Source: Vulcanimicrobiota bacterium
GTDB taxonomy: Bacteria; Vulcanimicrobiota; Xenobia; Xenobiales; JADMJV01
Assembly: GCA_050250895.1 (NCBI GenBank)
Contig: JBFWNU010000003.1
Location: 224,001 to 288,000, forward strand
Reading direction: 5' to 3'
DNA length: 64,000 nucleotides
Both the position numbers and the translations under genes were made by a program. This document shows positions 1-9,391 of this stretch, piece after piece; the first letter of the stretch is position 1, and each line of letters begins with the position of its first letter. The notes under the pieces were generated by a model. That model was not told the DNA's origin and did not search any database. It saw only the letters and a program-made list of their open reading frames with translations.

Positions 1-1
1 G

Positions 2-157
2 TCCGGTCTCACCGAAGTCGAGCAGGGCGTCAACAACGCCCGCTCCGGCGACGAGAAAGAGAACGCCGGTCAGGTCATCGAGAACAAAGGCGACCGCTAC
101 CAGGAGCTGGCCGAGCAGGCCGCTCAGATCCCCTTCCACGTGGCCGGCCAGAAGTAA
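2..157 (+). CDS. 3' end of a hypothetical Gln/Ala/Glu-rich protein (partial)
   Basis: Open frame from the window edge, SGLTEVEQG...AGQVIENKGDRYQELAEQAAQIPFHVAGQK, stop TAA at 155-157, followed by a terminator. Confidence 0.7.
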   Translation, partial: SGLTEVEQGVNNARSGDEKENAGQVIENKGDRYQELAEQAAQIPFHVAGQK

Positions 158-177
158 CTCCGAGCCCGCAATCGAAG

Positions 178-206
178 AAGCCGCCGAGTCACTCGGCGGC
201 TTTTTT
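178..206 (+). terminator. Rho-independent terminator
   Basis: AAGCCGCCGAGT-C-ACTCGGCGGCTT stem followed by TTTT. Confidence 0.85.
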
Positions 207-280
207 CATTCCCTGGCGATGACGTGCGTCAATGCCCGGGTGCTCTCTCGCGGCTAGGATCGACTCAGGAGGCGACCAAC

Positions 281-538
281 ATGGCGACCAAACAGATGAA
301 GTTTGAACTCGATCAATGGCTGGACCAGGCCTTTCGCGGGCAGGTGCCCGATCATCTGGCCCTGCTGGCCCACCGTCGGCAGACCGACGCCACCGTCTTT
401 CGGGAACTCGTGACTCAGGTGCCCGAGGACCATCGTGACGTGCTCGAGCATGTCTTCGAGCTGCAGCGAGCTGATACCGAAATGGTGTTGACGGTGGTGG
501 AGGAACTCTTCCGTCGGCATCTCGAGCACCACCCCTAG
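281..538 (+). CDS. small hypothetical helical protein (85 aa)
   Basis: AGGAGG RBS before ATG 281; MATKQMKFELDQWLDQAF... Confidence 0.7.
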   Translation: MATKQMKFELDQWLDQAFRGQVPDHLALLAHRRQTDATVFRELVTQVPEDHRDVLEHVFELQRADTEMVLTVVEELFRRHLEHHP

Positions 539-3454
539 CTAGCGGCCCCTGGTGACGACGAAGGGGCCGGCCAGGGCGGCCGCGATCGAGGGTCCGTGCT
601 CTTGGCGCAATCTGGTGAGCCACTGGCGTTGGACTTGATTGAGCGCCTCGGTCGGGTCTTTGTCGTTCATGCCGCGATAGAAATCGAGCATGAAATCGGC
701 CGTCTCCTGGTCGGCCACCGGCCACAGGGTGAAAACCAGATTATCGCAGCCCGACTGCAGAAAGCCCCGGCGAAGGCCCAGTACTCCTTCGCCCTTGCGG
801 GCTTCGCCCAGGCCGGTATCGCAGGCCGAGAGCACCACCACCCTGGTGCCCTCGAGATCGAGAGCCGAGACCTCCTGGGCTGTTAGCACGCCGTCTGTCT
901 CGGGGGCCGGAAAGACCCCGTTCTGCCAGTCGTCGAGGGTCGATTCGGCCCCGGCCAGGGCCAGGCCGCTGCGGGTCATGGGGTTCTCGCCATAGCGACT
1001 GGATAAGAAGAATCCGTGGGTAGCCAGATGGAGAATTCCAGGAGAGTGAAGGCCGGCCACGGTCTTCTCTTGAGCCTTTTCGTCTAGCACCAGGCGAGCC
1101 TGGGGGAGCACTTTCTGCAGGGCCTGGCACTCGGCTCCACTGCCGGGTAGGGGCGCCAGCGAGATAGCGTGGCTGCCAGTCGAACGGGTCGCTCCAGGCC
1201 GGCGATAATCGGGGGCTCCAAGCAAGAACGGCGTTTCGCCGGGCCGGGTCTCGGCGCTCTCGACCAGGTCGCGGCCGCTGGAGAGGTAGGTCAGGTCGTA
1301 TCGCTCCGAGAGAAACTGCGCGTCGGGGCTGACCAGGGTGGCGAACGAGACGAAGTTGAGTTCGCCGTCAGGGCTGAGGTAGAGGTGCTTGACCTCGGTC
1401 GGCAAGACTTCTTGCACCGGAGCCCAGACGGTGTCGTAGGCCGTACGCAGTTCACCCGCTTCCGGGGCTTGAGCCAGACTGGGCCGGGTGGCCCGGCTCG
1501 AGCGACCGCCCATGCGCATTCGCTGACGGTAGCCGCGAATCACGCTCTCCACCTCGCGCGCCTCGCCCAGTTCGACCCAGCGGGTCGACTCGCGCGTCAC
1601 TACCAGCGCGCCGTAGCGCTTCTCGCTGCGATTGTTGCCGAAGTAGTAACCGTGATAAAGAAACTCCACTAGAGCTGTGTCGGGCGGCAGAGCCTGGCGC
1701 ACCTGGTCGGGAGTCACGGTGAAGGCCGCCCGGCTTCGGGGCGCCCCCACCAGCCGGGCCAGTTGCGCTTGGGCCTGGTCGAACTGCTCTTGCAGTTGCT
1801 GCCTTTCCTCGTCGCTTCGCTTGCCCAGCATTTCTTGCTTGAGCCGCTTGAGCATGGTCAGCAGGGCCTGGGCCTCGGGAGCGCTTGCGGCCTGGGCCAG
1901 CCGATAGTCCTCGGCAATCGAGTCGAGCACGACCCCTTTGAAACGCAGGGCCGTCTGTAGCAACTCCTCCGGCTGCTCGAGCGAAGCCAAGAGACCGTAG
2001 GGCACCAGCTTCTCGCGAAAGGCCAGGCGTTGGCGCTCTGAGGTAAAGCTAAACACCTCTTGGAGACGCTCGAAGAGTGCCCTGTCGGCTTTCAAGGCAT
2101 ACTCCTTCGCATTTTCGCGATCACCCTGGTCAATGGCCAGATAAGCCAGGTTATTGTAGGTGATAGAGCGCGTCTCGCTGTCGCCTTCGGCCAGCGCCTG
2201 CTCGAAGTGGCGCTGAGCTTTGTCATACTCGCCGATCTGCTGGTAGGCCGAAGCCAGGTTGCCCTCGGCCGTGGCCCGCGCCTTCTCGGCTTTGAACAGA
2301 GGTAGGGCCTCCTCTAGCCAGGCGACAGCCTCCTTTCCCTTGTTGTTCTCGAGCAGTTCGACCGACAGGTTGCTCAGGGCCTCGGCCGTTTCAACCGGGT
2401 CCAGCCCGGCCGTCGCGCGGGTGCGCTTGAGGGCCTCCCGCAGCAGCTTCTCGGCCTCGTCATGCCGGCCCAGGCTGCTGTAGGCCTGGGCCAGATTGGT
2501 GAGGCTGGTGCAGGTCAGAGGATGGTTGGGGCCCAGCGTCTTTTCGTGAATAGCGTTGGCCTGGCGAAAATAGGTCACCGCCTGCTCGGCGTCGCCGATC
2601 TGGCGATAGAGCAATCCCATGTCGTTGAGGGGATTGGCCAGGTCTGGGTGATCGGGAGCCGCTTCGCGGAACAGGTCCAGCGCTTTGCGGTAGATGGCCT
2701 CGGCTCTGGCGAATTCCATGCGGTTGAGGTACAACCCGGCCTGCATTCGCATGGCCCGCGACAAGAGCCTGAGATCCGGCTCGGGATCGGTCTCGTAAAA
2801 GCGCACCGCCTCGCCAAAGAGTTCCTCGGCCCGGTCGGTCTCGCCCACCGCCTCTAGAAGCTGGGCCAACGATTGCTGGGCCCGCACCCGGGCGTTGGAG
2901 CCAAAGCCTAGCTTGTGGATGGCTTCTTCTAGCATGGGTCGGGCCTCGGCGTGGCGCCCCTGTCGAGTCAAAACATTGGCCAGACCCACCATGATGTCGA
3001 TGGTCTCGGGCTGGTAATGATCCGGGTCAAGACCCTCATAGACCTCGAAGGCCTTGCGAAAAGCTTGTTCGGCTTCGGGATAGAGGGCTCGGTGATTGAG
3101 ACACAGGGCCAGGTTCTTGCGCACGTTGGCGGTATACTGGTGGTCCGGACCCAGGCGCGGCGCCTCGATATAGATCTTGAGGGCCTTGCGAAAGCCCAGT
3201 TCGGCTCGAAAGTCGTCGCCCAGGTCCATCTGCAGCAGAGCCTGGTTGTTGGTGGTCACGCCCACGGCCATGATGTCTCCGCTGGCTTCGGCCGCTTTGA
3301 CCGCCTGGTCGGCGACCGCGAGGGCCTCTCGATAAAGCCCATCCTGGCGCAAGGTGGCCACCTGTTTGGACAACTCGCGCCAATCGGTCTGGGCCCAGAC
3401 AGGCAGGGTTAGCAGGCAGAACAGAAGCAGTCTTTTCACCCATCGCCATTCCAC
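539..3454 (-). CDS. secreted TPR-repeat CHAT-domain (caspase-like) protein
   Basis: Signal peptide, kinesin-light-chain-like TPRs (HPDLANPLNDMG), CHAT motifs LHLATHGF and VVLSACDTGLG. Confidence 0.9.
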   Translation of the reverse strand: MEWRWVKRLLLFCLLTLPVWAQTDWRELSKQVATLRQDGLYREALAVADQAVKAAEASGDIMAVGVTTNNQALLQMDLGDDFRAELGFRKALKIYIEAPRLGPDHQYTANVRKNLALCLNHRALYPEAEQAFRKAFEVYEGLDPDHYQPETIDIMVGLANVLTRQGRHAEARPMLEEAIHKLGFGSNARVRAQQSLAQLLEAVGETDRAEELFGEAVRFYETDPEPDLRLLSRAMRMQAGLYLNRMEFARAEAIYRKALDLFREAAPDHPDLANPLNDMGLLYRQIGDAEQAVTYFRQANAIHEKTLGPNHPLTCTSLTNLAQAYSSLGRHDEAEKLLREALKRTRATAGLDPVETAEALSNLSVELLENNKGKEAVAWLEEALPLFKAEKARATAEGNLASAYQQIGEYDKAQRHFEQALAEGDSETRSITYNNLAYLAIDQGDRENAKEYALKADRALFERLQEVFSFTSERQRLAFREKLVPYGLLASLEQPEELLQTALRFKGVVLDSIAEDYRLAQAASAPEAQALLTMLKRLKQEMLGKRSDEERQQLQEQFDQAQAQLARLVGAPRSRAAFTVTPDQVRQALPPDTALVEFLYHGYYFGNNRSEKRYGALVVTRESTRWVELGEAREVESVIRGYRQRMRMGGRSSRATRPSLAQAPEAGELRTAYDTVWAPVQEVLPTEVKHLYLSPDGELNFVSFATLVSPDAQFLSERYDLTYLSSGRDLVESAETRPGETPFLLGAPDYRRPGATRSTGSHAISLAPLPGSGAECQALQKVLPQARLVLDEKAQEKTVAGLHSPGILHLATHGFFLSSRYGENPMTRSGLALAGAESTLDDWQNGVFPAPETDGVLTAQEVSALDLEGTRVVVLSACDTGLGEARKGEGVLGLRRGFLQSGCDNLVFTLWPVADQETADFMLDFYRGMNDKDPTEALNQVQRQWLTRLRQEHGPSIAAALAGPFVVTRGR

Positions 3455-3573
3455 GTTGGGTCAGCCCGGGCCTCGGCCAGACGACAACCGGTCGACGCAA
3501 TGTTCTTGCCGGCGGGGTCGGTTCCCCGTCAACGCCAATACCAGGGTTTTGGGCCGGCTCGGTAAAACCTGAT

Positions 3574-4083
3574 GTGGTCGTGCGCGTAACCCTCGTCGAA
3601 ATCATCTCGGCCCTGTCGTTGCTGGCGGTAGGGGCTGCCATGCTGGCCCCTCGCCCCGGTCCGGCCGATGCTCACCAGCGCGAAGCGGCCGAGTGTCGTC
3701 GCCACATCAGCCAGCTGGACTCGGCCCTGTCCCAGTATGCCAGCGACCACGACGGCGACTATCCGGGCAAGCTCGATGGGTTGACCCCCGAGTATCTCAA
3801 GACTCTGCCCACCTGCCCCCAGACCCTCAAAGGCTATGACTACGAGGTGACCGCCTCGCCCGGGGCGGCCGGCCGGGTCATGCCCCACTACCACGAGCCT
3901 CCGACGGTCGATCTGTCCCCGGCCTTGAAGGCCTACGTCGACCGCGAAGGCCACTATCCCGCCAGCCTCGGTGAGATTCCCGACCTGCCCACTTGCCCGC
4001 TGGGCTCGCCCTTCTACTACGAGGTCTATAACGGCACCTACACCCTCAAATGCAAAGGCAAACACCCGGACCCGACCCTGTAG
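3574..4083 (+). CDS. pilin/pseudopilin (GspG-like) protein
   Basis: N-terminal TLVE plus hydrophobic helix; two GxYP..L....LPTCP repeats. Confidence 0.65.
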   Translation: MVVRVTLVEIISALSLLAVGAAMLAPRPGPADAHQREAAECRRHISQLDSALSQYASDHDGDYPGKLDGLTPEYLKTLPTCPQTLKGYDYEVTASPGAAGRVMPHYHEPPTVDLSPALKAYVDREGHYPASLGEIPDLPTCPLGSPFYYEVYNGTYTLKCKGKHPDPTL

Positions 4084-6955
4084 TAGGCCGACTTCGGCGC
4101 GAGCCGCCAAGCTTAGACTGACTTCCAGGCTGGAAGTACTCGCTCGCCGCGGCGGACCGAAGGCTCAGCAGGTGTCGCCCAGCGCCGCGAGGGCTGGCAA
4201 AGCAGGCTGCAGTCGGCCGATGCCTCCGTTGCGTGCCGAGACTCCAGGCGGCGCCCCGCTTGGACTGACTTCCAGCTGGAAGTAGCCGCTCGCTCGCCGC
4301 GGCGGACCGAGGCTCGGCAGGTGTCGCCCAACGCCGTGAGGCTGTCTGGCAGAGCAGGCTGCATCCCGACTTCGGCGCGAGCCGCCAAGCTTAGACTGAC
4401 TTCCAGCTGGAAGTAGCCGTCGCCGCCGGCGGACCGAGGCTCAGCAGGTGTCGCCCAGCGCCGTGCGGGCTGGCAAAGCAGGCTGCATCCCGACTTCGGC
4501 GCGAGCCGCCAAGCTTAGATTGACTTCCAGCTGGAAGTACTCGCTCGCCGCGGCGGACCGAGGCTCGGCAGGTGTCGCCCAGCGCCGTGAGGGCTGGCAA
4601 AGCTGGCTGCAGTCGGCCGATGCTTCCGTCGCGAGCCGCCAGCCGCTCGCCGCCGCGGCGGACCGAGGCTCGGCAGGTGTCGCCCAACGCCGTGAGGCTG
4701 TCTCGCAAAGCTGGCTGCAGTCGGCCGATGCCTCCGTTGCGTGCCGAGACTCCAGGCGGCGCCAAGCTTAGATTGACTTCCAGCTGGAAGTAGCCGCTCG
4801 CCGCCGGCGGACCAGGGCTCGGCAGGTGTCGCCCCGCGCCGTGACGGATGGCATCTCGACTTCGGCGCGAGCCGCCAAGCTTAGACTGACTTCCAGCTGG
4901 AAGTAGCCGCTCGCTCGCCGCGGCGGACCGAGGCTCGGCAGGTGTCGCCCAACGCCGTGAGGCTGTCTGGCAGAGCAGGCTGCATCCCGACTTCGGCGCG
5001 AGCCGCCAGCTTAGACTGATTTCCAGCTGGAAGTACTCGCTCGCCGCGGCAGACCAAGGCTCAGCAGGTGTCGCTCTGCGCCGTGCGGGCTGGCAGAGCA
5101 GTTCTGCATCCCGACTTCGGCGCGAGCCGCCAAGCTTAGATTGACTTCCAGCTGGAAGTAGCCGCTCGCCGCTGGCGGACCAGGGCTCAGCAGGTGTCGC
5201 TCAGCGCCGTCTGTCTGGCAAAGCTGGCTGCAGTCGGCCGATGCTTCCGTCGCGAGCCGCCAAGCTTAGACTGACTTCCAGCTGGAAGTAGCCGCTCGCC
5301 GCCGCGGCGGACCAGGGCTCAGCAGGTGTCGCCCAGCGCCGTGAGGGCTGGCAAAGCTGGTTGCAGTCGGCCGATGCTTCCGTCGCGAGCCGCCAGCCGC
5401 TCGCCGCCGCGGCGGACCGAGGCTCGGCAGGTGTCGCCCAACGCCGTGAGGCTGTCTCGCAAAGCTGGCTGCAGTCGGCCGATGCCTCCGTTGCGTGCCG
5501 AGACTCCAGGCGGCGCCAAGCTTAGATTGACTTCCAGCTGGAAGTAGCCGCTCGCCGCCGGCGGACCAGGGCTCGGCAGGTGTCGCCCCGCGCCGTGACG
5601 GATGGCATCTCGACTTCGGCGCGAGCCGCCAAGCTTAGATTGACTTCCAGCTGGAAGTACTCGCTCGCCGCGGCGGACCGAGGCTCGGCAGGTGTCGCCC
5701 AACGCCGTGAGGGCTGGCAAAGCTGGCTGCAGTCGGCCGATGCTTCCGTCGCGAGCCGCGAGATGCCAAGCCCCGCCCGCTTAGACTGACTTCCAGCTGG
5801 AAGTAGCCGCTCGCCGCCGGCGGACCAGGGCTCAGCAGGTGTCGCCCAGCGCCGTGAGGGCTGGCATCCCGACTTCGGCGCGAGCCGCCAAGCTTAGACT
5901 GACTTCCAGGCTGGAAGTACTCGCTCGCCGCGGCGGACCGAAGGCTCAGCAGGTGTCGCCCAGCGCCGCGAGGGCTGGCAAAGCAGGCTGCAGTCGGCCG
6001 ATGCCTCCGTTGCGTGCCGAGACTCCAGGCGGCGCCCCGCTTGGACTGACTTCCAGCTGGAAGTAGCCGCTCGCTCGCCGCGGCGGACCGAGGCTCGGCA
6101 GGTGTCGCCCAACGCCGTGAGGCTGTCTGGCAGAGCAGGCTGCATCCCGACTTCGGCGCGAGCCGCCAAGCTTAGACTGACTTCCAGCTGGAAGTAGCCG
6201 TCGCCGCCGGCGGACCGAGGCTCAGCAGGTGTCGCCCAGCGCCGTGCGGGCTGGCAAAGCAGGCTGCAGTCGGCCGATGCCTCCGTTGCGTGCCGCGAGA
6301 TGCCAAGCCCCGCCCGCTTAGATTGACTTCCAGCTGGAAATACTCGCTCGCCGCGGCGGTCCGAGGCTCAGCAGGTGTCGCCCAGCGCCGTGCGGGCTGG
6401 CAAAGCTGGCTGCAGTCGGCCGATGCTTCCGTCGCGAGCCGCGAAATGCCAAGCCCCGCCCGCTTAGACTGACTTCCAGCTGGAAGTAGCCGCTCGCCGC
6501 CGGCGGACCAGCGCTCGGCAGGTGTCGCCCAGCGCCGTGAGGGCTGGCAGAGCAGGCTGCATCCCGACTTCGGCGCGAGCCGCCAAGCTTAGACTGACTT
6601 CCAGCTGGAAGTAGCCGTCGCCGCCGGCGGACCGAGGCTCAGCAGGTGTCGCCCAGCGCCGTGCGGGCTGGCAAAGCAGGCTGCATCCCGACTTCGGCGC
6701 GAGCCGCCAAGCTTAGATTGACTTCCAGCTGGAAGTACTCGCTCGCCGCGGCGGACCGAGGCTCGGCAGGTGTCGCCCAGCGCCGTGAGGGCTGGCAAAG
6801 CTGGCTGCAGTCGGCCGATGCTTCCGTCGCGAGCCGCCAGCCGCTCGCCGCCGCGGCGGACCGAGGCTCGGCAGGTGTCGCCCAACGCCGTGAGGCTGTC
6901 TGGCAAAGCAGGCTGCAGTCGGCCGATGCTTCCGTTGCGGGCCGCGAGATGCCGG
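4084..6955. repeat. modular tandem repeat array, ~110-150 bp units with palindrome ACTTCCAGCTGGAAGT
   Basis: About 22 units share GCAGGTGTCGC...CGCCG. 19 carry TAGAYTGACTTCCAGCTGGAAGTA or a near-identical variant (near 4120, 4268, 4399, 4523, 4776, 4889, 5019, 5144, 5274, 5530, 5643, 5789, 5902, 6049, 6180, 6326, 6472, 6597, 6721). No unique spacers. Confidence 0.95.
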
Positions 6956-7164
6956 TTCAAATGTTTTGGTATCCTAACATTTGCAAGGTGGAGGCGTTGA
7001 CTTCGAAGACCCGCCTGCCTGAACCAGGGCCCCCGGTCCTCAATAAGCGCTCTCTGGCATCCCCGCGCCAAATAGACTTGGAGAGTCATTTTCTACCCGA
7101 AACCCCTCCTCGTAGCCGTCTGTGAGTTGCGCCTCAAAGCCTGTAACCAAGCTGTTTTTCTGCG

Positions 7165-7193
7165 TTGATCCGGGTGGTCTTCTTGAGTAAAAT
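7165..7193 (+). promoter_or_regulatory. putative sigma70 promoter of the HNH gene
   Basis: TTGATC-17 nt-TAAAAT; GGAGGT RBS at 7223-7228. Confidence 0.55.
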
Positions 7194-7232
7194 AGGATCA
7201 TCCCTTGATTCTTCTTCTACTCGGAGGTCGGC

Positions 7233-8444
7233 ATGTCTTCAACTTTATCGGCACTTTCCCAGTCATTGCAACAACTTACTCACCAGGAACTACACCAGAG
7301 AAACTGCCAGACCAGCAAACGCTCCTTTGGCTGCGAATGGGACCTGGCCGCTCACCTGTTGGCCACCGAACGCAACGGGCTCTATCGACACATGGGCAGC
7401 GGCAGTGTGGTCGGCTACGCTGTGACCCACCTGAAGTTGCATCCTCAAAAGGCCGGCGAACTTCTGAGTTTAGCCAGGGTCTTCGAGCAACTCCCATTGA
7501 TCTCGGAAGCCTTTCGCGAGGGGAAGCTCTGCTGGAGCAAGGCCCGTGCTCTTAAGCGGATCACCACCCCCGAGAACGAGGCCGAGATGCTCGAGTTTGC
7601 CTTGAACAACAAGGCCCAGGCAGTCGAGCGCGCCGTGGCTCTGACTCCCACCCAGCATAAGCGTGGCCAGGCTTTGAAAGCGTCGCTCGAGGCTCGCCAG
7701 AGTCAGCCCGAACTCACCCAGGTCGAGCAACCCACAAAATCCGAGTCGGTGGCTTTACCGACCCCGGTTCCCGCGGTGCCCAAGTTGAGACAGGTCGTCT
7801 TGCTGATGACCCCCGAGCAGTATGCCGTCTACGAGCAAGCAAAGAGAATGGTCGAGGCCCGCCAGGGTAAGCGCGTCAGTAGAGAGACGGCGGTGACCGA
7901 GATGAGCAGGGCTTTACTCGGGTCGGCAGACAACCGCAGCAAAGTGCGACATCAGGTCATCGTGCACGTGAACGGTGAGACGGGCGAAGGCTTCTATGAT
8001 ACCGACCGGGGACTGTTGCCGGCCGAGGCCGAGGCCGTTGACGAGGCAATGAAGCAAACCGGCATCGTGGTGGCTTGTTCCCACAACACACTTCCAGCTG
8101 GAAGTAGCCGGTCGAAACTTCCGGCTGAAACTAGCCAGGCCGAACAGCTACCGCTACTGCCGAGTCAGCCCAAGGCCAGACCGGGTCTGCCGGTGGGGTT
8201 GGTGCGAGCGGTTTACGCCCGCGCTTTCGGTTGCTGTGAGCGATGCTCGTGCAGAGGCGGGAATTTGGTGATACACCACGTTCGTGCCTGGTCCGAAACC
8301 AGGCGACATCGGCTGGAAGACTTAGAGCTGCTATGTCCAAGTTGTCACGCCAGCGAGCACGAAGAAGACTTTGCGACTCGCACCGAGTGGAAAGCCGCCC
8401 GAGACGCCTCCGTTCGCCAACGCACCAGGTCACGCTCGCGGTGA
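7233..8444 (+). CDS. DUF222/13E12-like domain plus C-terminal HNH endonuclease
   Basis: LPLISEAFREGKLCWSKARALKRITTPENE resembles the DUF222 core; C-terminal CERC...IHHV...LEDLELLCPSCH zinc-binding HNH. Confidence 0.85.
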   Translation: MSSTLSALSQSLQQLTHQELHQRNCQTSKRSFGCEWDLAAHLLATERNGLYRHMGSGSVVGYAVTHLKLHPQKAGELLSLARVFEQLPLISEAFREGKLCWSKARALKRITTPENEAEMLEFALNNKAQAVERAVALTPTQHKRGQALKASLEARQSQPELTQVEQPTKSESVALPTPVPAVPKLRQVVLLMTPEQYAVYEQAKRMVEARQGKRVSRETAVTEMSRALLGSADNRSKVRHQVIVHVNGETGEGFYDTDRGLLPAEAEAVDEAMKQTGIVVACSHNTLPAGSSRSKLPAETSQAEQLPLLPSQPKARPGLPVGLVRAVYARAFGCCERCSCRGGNLVIHHVRAWSETRRHRLEDLELLCPSCHASEHEEDFATRTEWKAARDASVRQRTRSRSR

Positions 8445-8481
8445 GCGAAGGACCTCGCACCGGCGCTTCGAAATCAGCAGG

Positions 8482-8898
8482 ATGCGACTTCAGGGGATAC
8501 TGCTGATAGTGCTTGTGGCTGTGGGTTGCATGGGGAAGTCGCCGCCTCAGTTCTCGCACCAGCAGGTACGCGAGAATCTGGTAACGCGGATAGCCCAGGT
8601 AAAGGGCCTGATGGACGAGACCCCCGCGCTTGAGGCGCGCTTAGAGGCTCTGAAGAAAGAGGTTCCAGCCGAGCGCCGACCGACCCCCGAGCAAGTCCAG
8701 GCTCAGGAGCCGGACGACTACGAGCGCCGCTTTGGCCTGGGATATCCCTACGAACTCGACTGGCATCTCTATTCGCCCGCAGAGCAGAAAGAGCTAAGGC
8801 AGCTGCAAACCGACCTCGACCGACTGGGTCAGGAGTCCGAGCGCTTTTTCCAACTCGAGGCCGAACTCAAAGTGTGGGAGCAGGCGAAGCAGCCGTGA
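8482..8898 (+). CDS. putative coiled-coil lipoprotein
   Basis: MRLQGILLIVLVAVGC lipobox-like signal, then coiled coil. Confidence 0.6.
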   Translation: MRLQGILLIVLVAVGCMGKSPPQFSHQQVRENLVTRIAQVKGLMDETPALEARLEALKKEVPAERRPTPEQVQAQEPDDYERRFGLGYPYELDWHLYSPAEQKELRQLQTDLDRLGQESERFFQLEAELKVWEQAKQP

Positions 8899-9371
8899 GA
8901 AAGCTGGTCGAGCTGCTGGCAGTCTTGTTAGTGGTCGCGGTCGTGGTGTCGAGCGGTCGACCAGAGCGAGAAGAAGAGTATGTCATCCACTCGACCCCGT
9001 CGGTCAAAGTGATCGAGTTTCTGTCGGCCACTTATCCCGAGGTTCATTTCGCGCGGCACCCGAGCCGCCGGGGTCTGGTCGCCGTGGGTAGCCGTGAAGA
9101 GATCGCCAGGGTCCGCAGCACGCTTCACCAACTCGAGGTCCCCGAACCCCCGCCTCCCCCCGCCCGCGAGTTTCTGAGGGTGAAGCCCGGCGAGCTCGAG
9201 ACGACGAGGGAGCGCCTCCAGGCCGCCGTTCCCACCCTGAAAGTGAGGGTCGAGCCCCGCCTGAATTGTCTACTCCTGGAGGGGGAACCGGCGGATGTCA
9301 GGCGGGCCAGAGAGCTGGTGGACCTGTCCGGCCGGCCTGTGGAGCCTTCGCGCAGCAGCGCCGCTGACTGA
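8895..9371 (+). CDS. secretin N-domain (NolW-like) repeat protein
   Basis: GTGA overlap with the upstream stop; TM/signal segment, then two N-domain-like units (GLVAVGSREEIARVR; EPRLNCLLLEGEPADVRRA). Confidence 0.6.
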   Translation: MRKLVELLAVLLVVAVVVSSGRPEREEEYVIHSTPSVKVIEFLSATYPEVHFARHPSRRGLVAVGSREEIARVRSTLHQLEVPEPPPPPAREFLRVKPGELETTRERLQAAVPTLKVRVEPRLNCLLLEGEPADVRRARELVDLSGRPVEPSRSSAAD

Positions 9372-9391
9372 GTGGCTGGCCGTGGAGGCGC

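Noticed and set aside
4084-6955. CRISPR array
   Set aside because: The sequences between the palindromes are themselves repeated, with no unique spacers, and no cas genes are in the window
3971-7125. Many short ORFs inside array 1
   Set aside because: Translations of non-coding repeats; frames are broken by indels and there is no RBS
7233-8444. IscB/Cas9/TnpB-type RNA-guided nuclease
   Set aside because: No RuvC motifs or PLMP N-terminus seen; the HNH is C-terminal to a DUF222-like region
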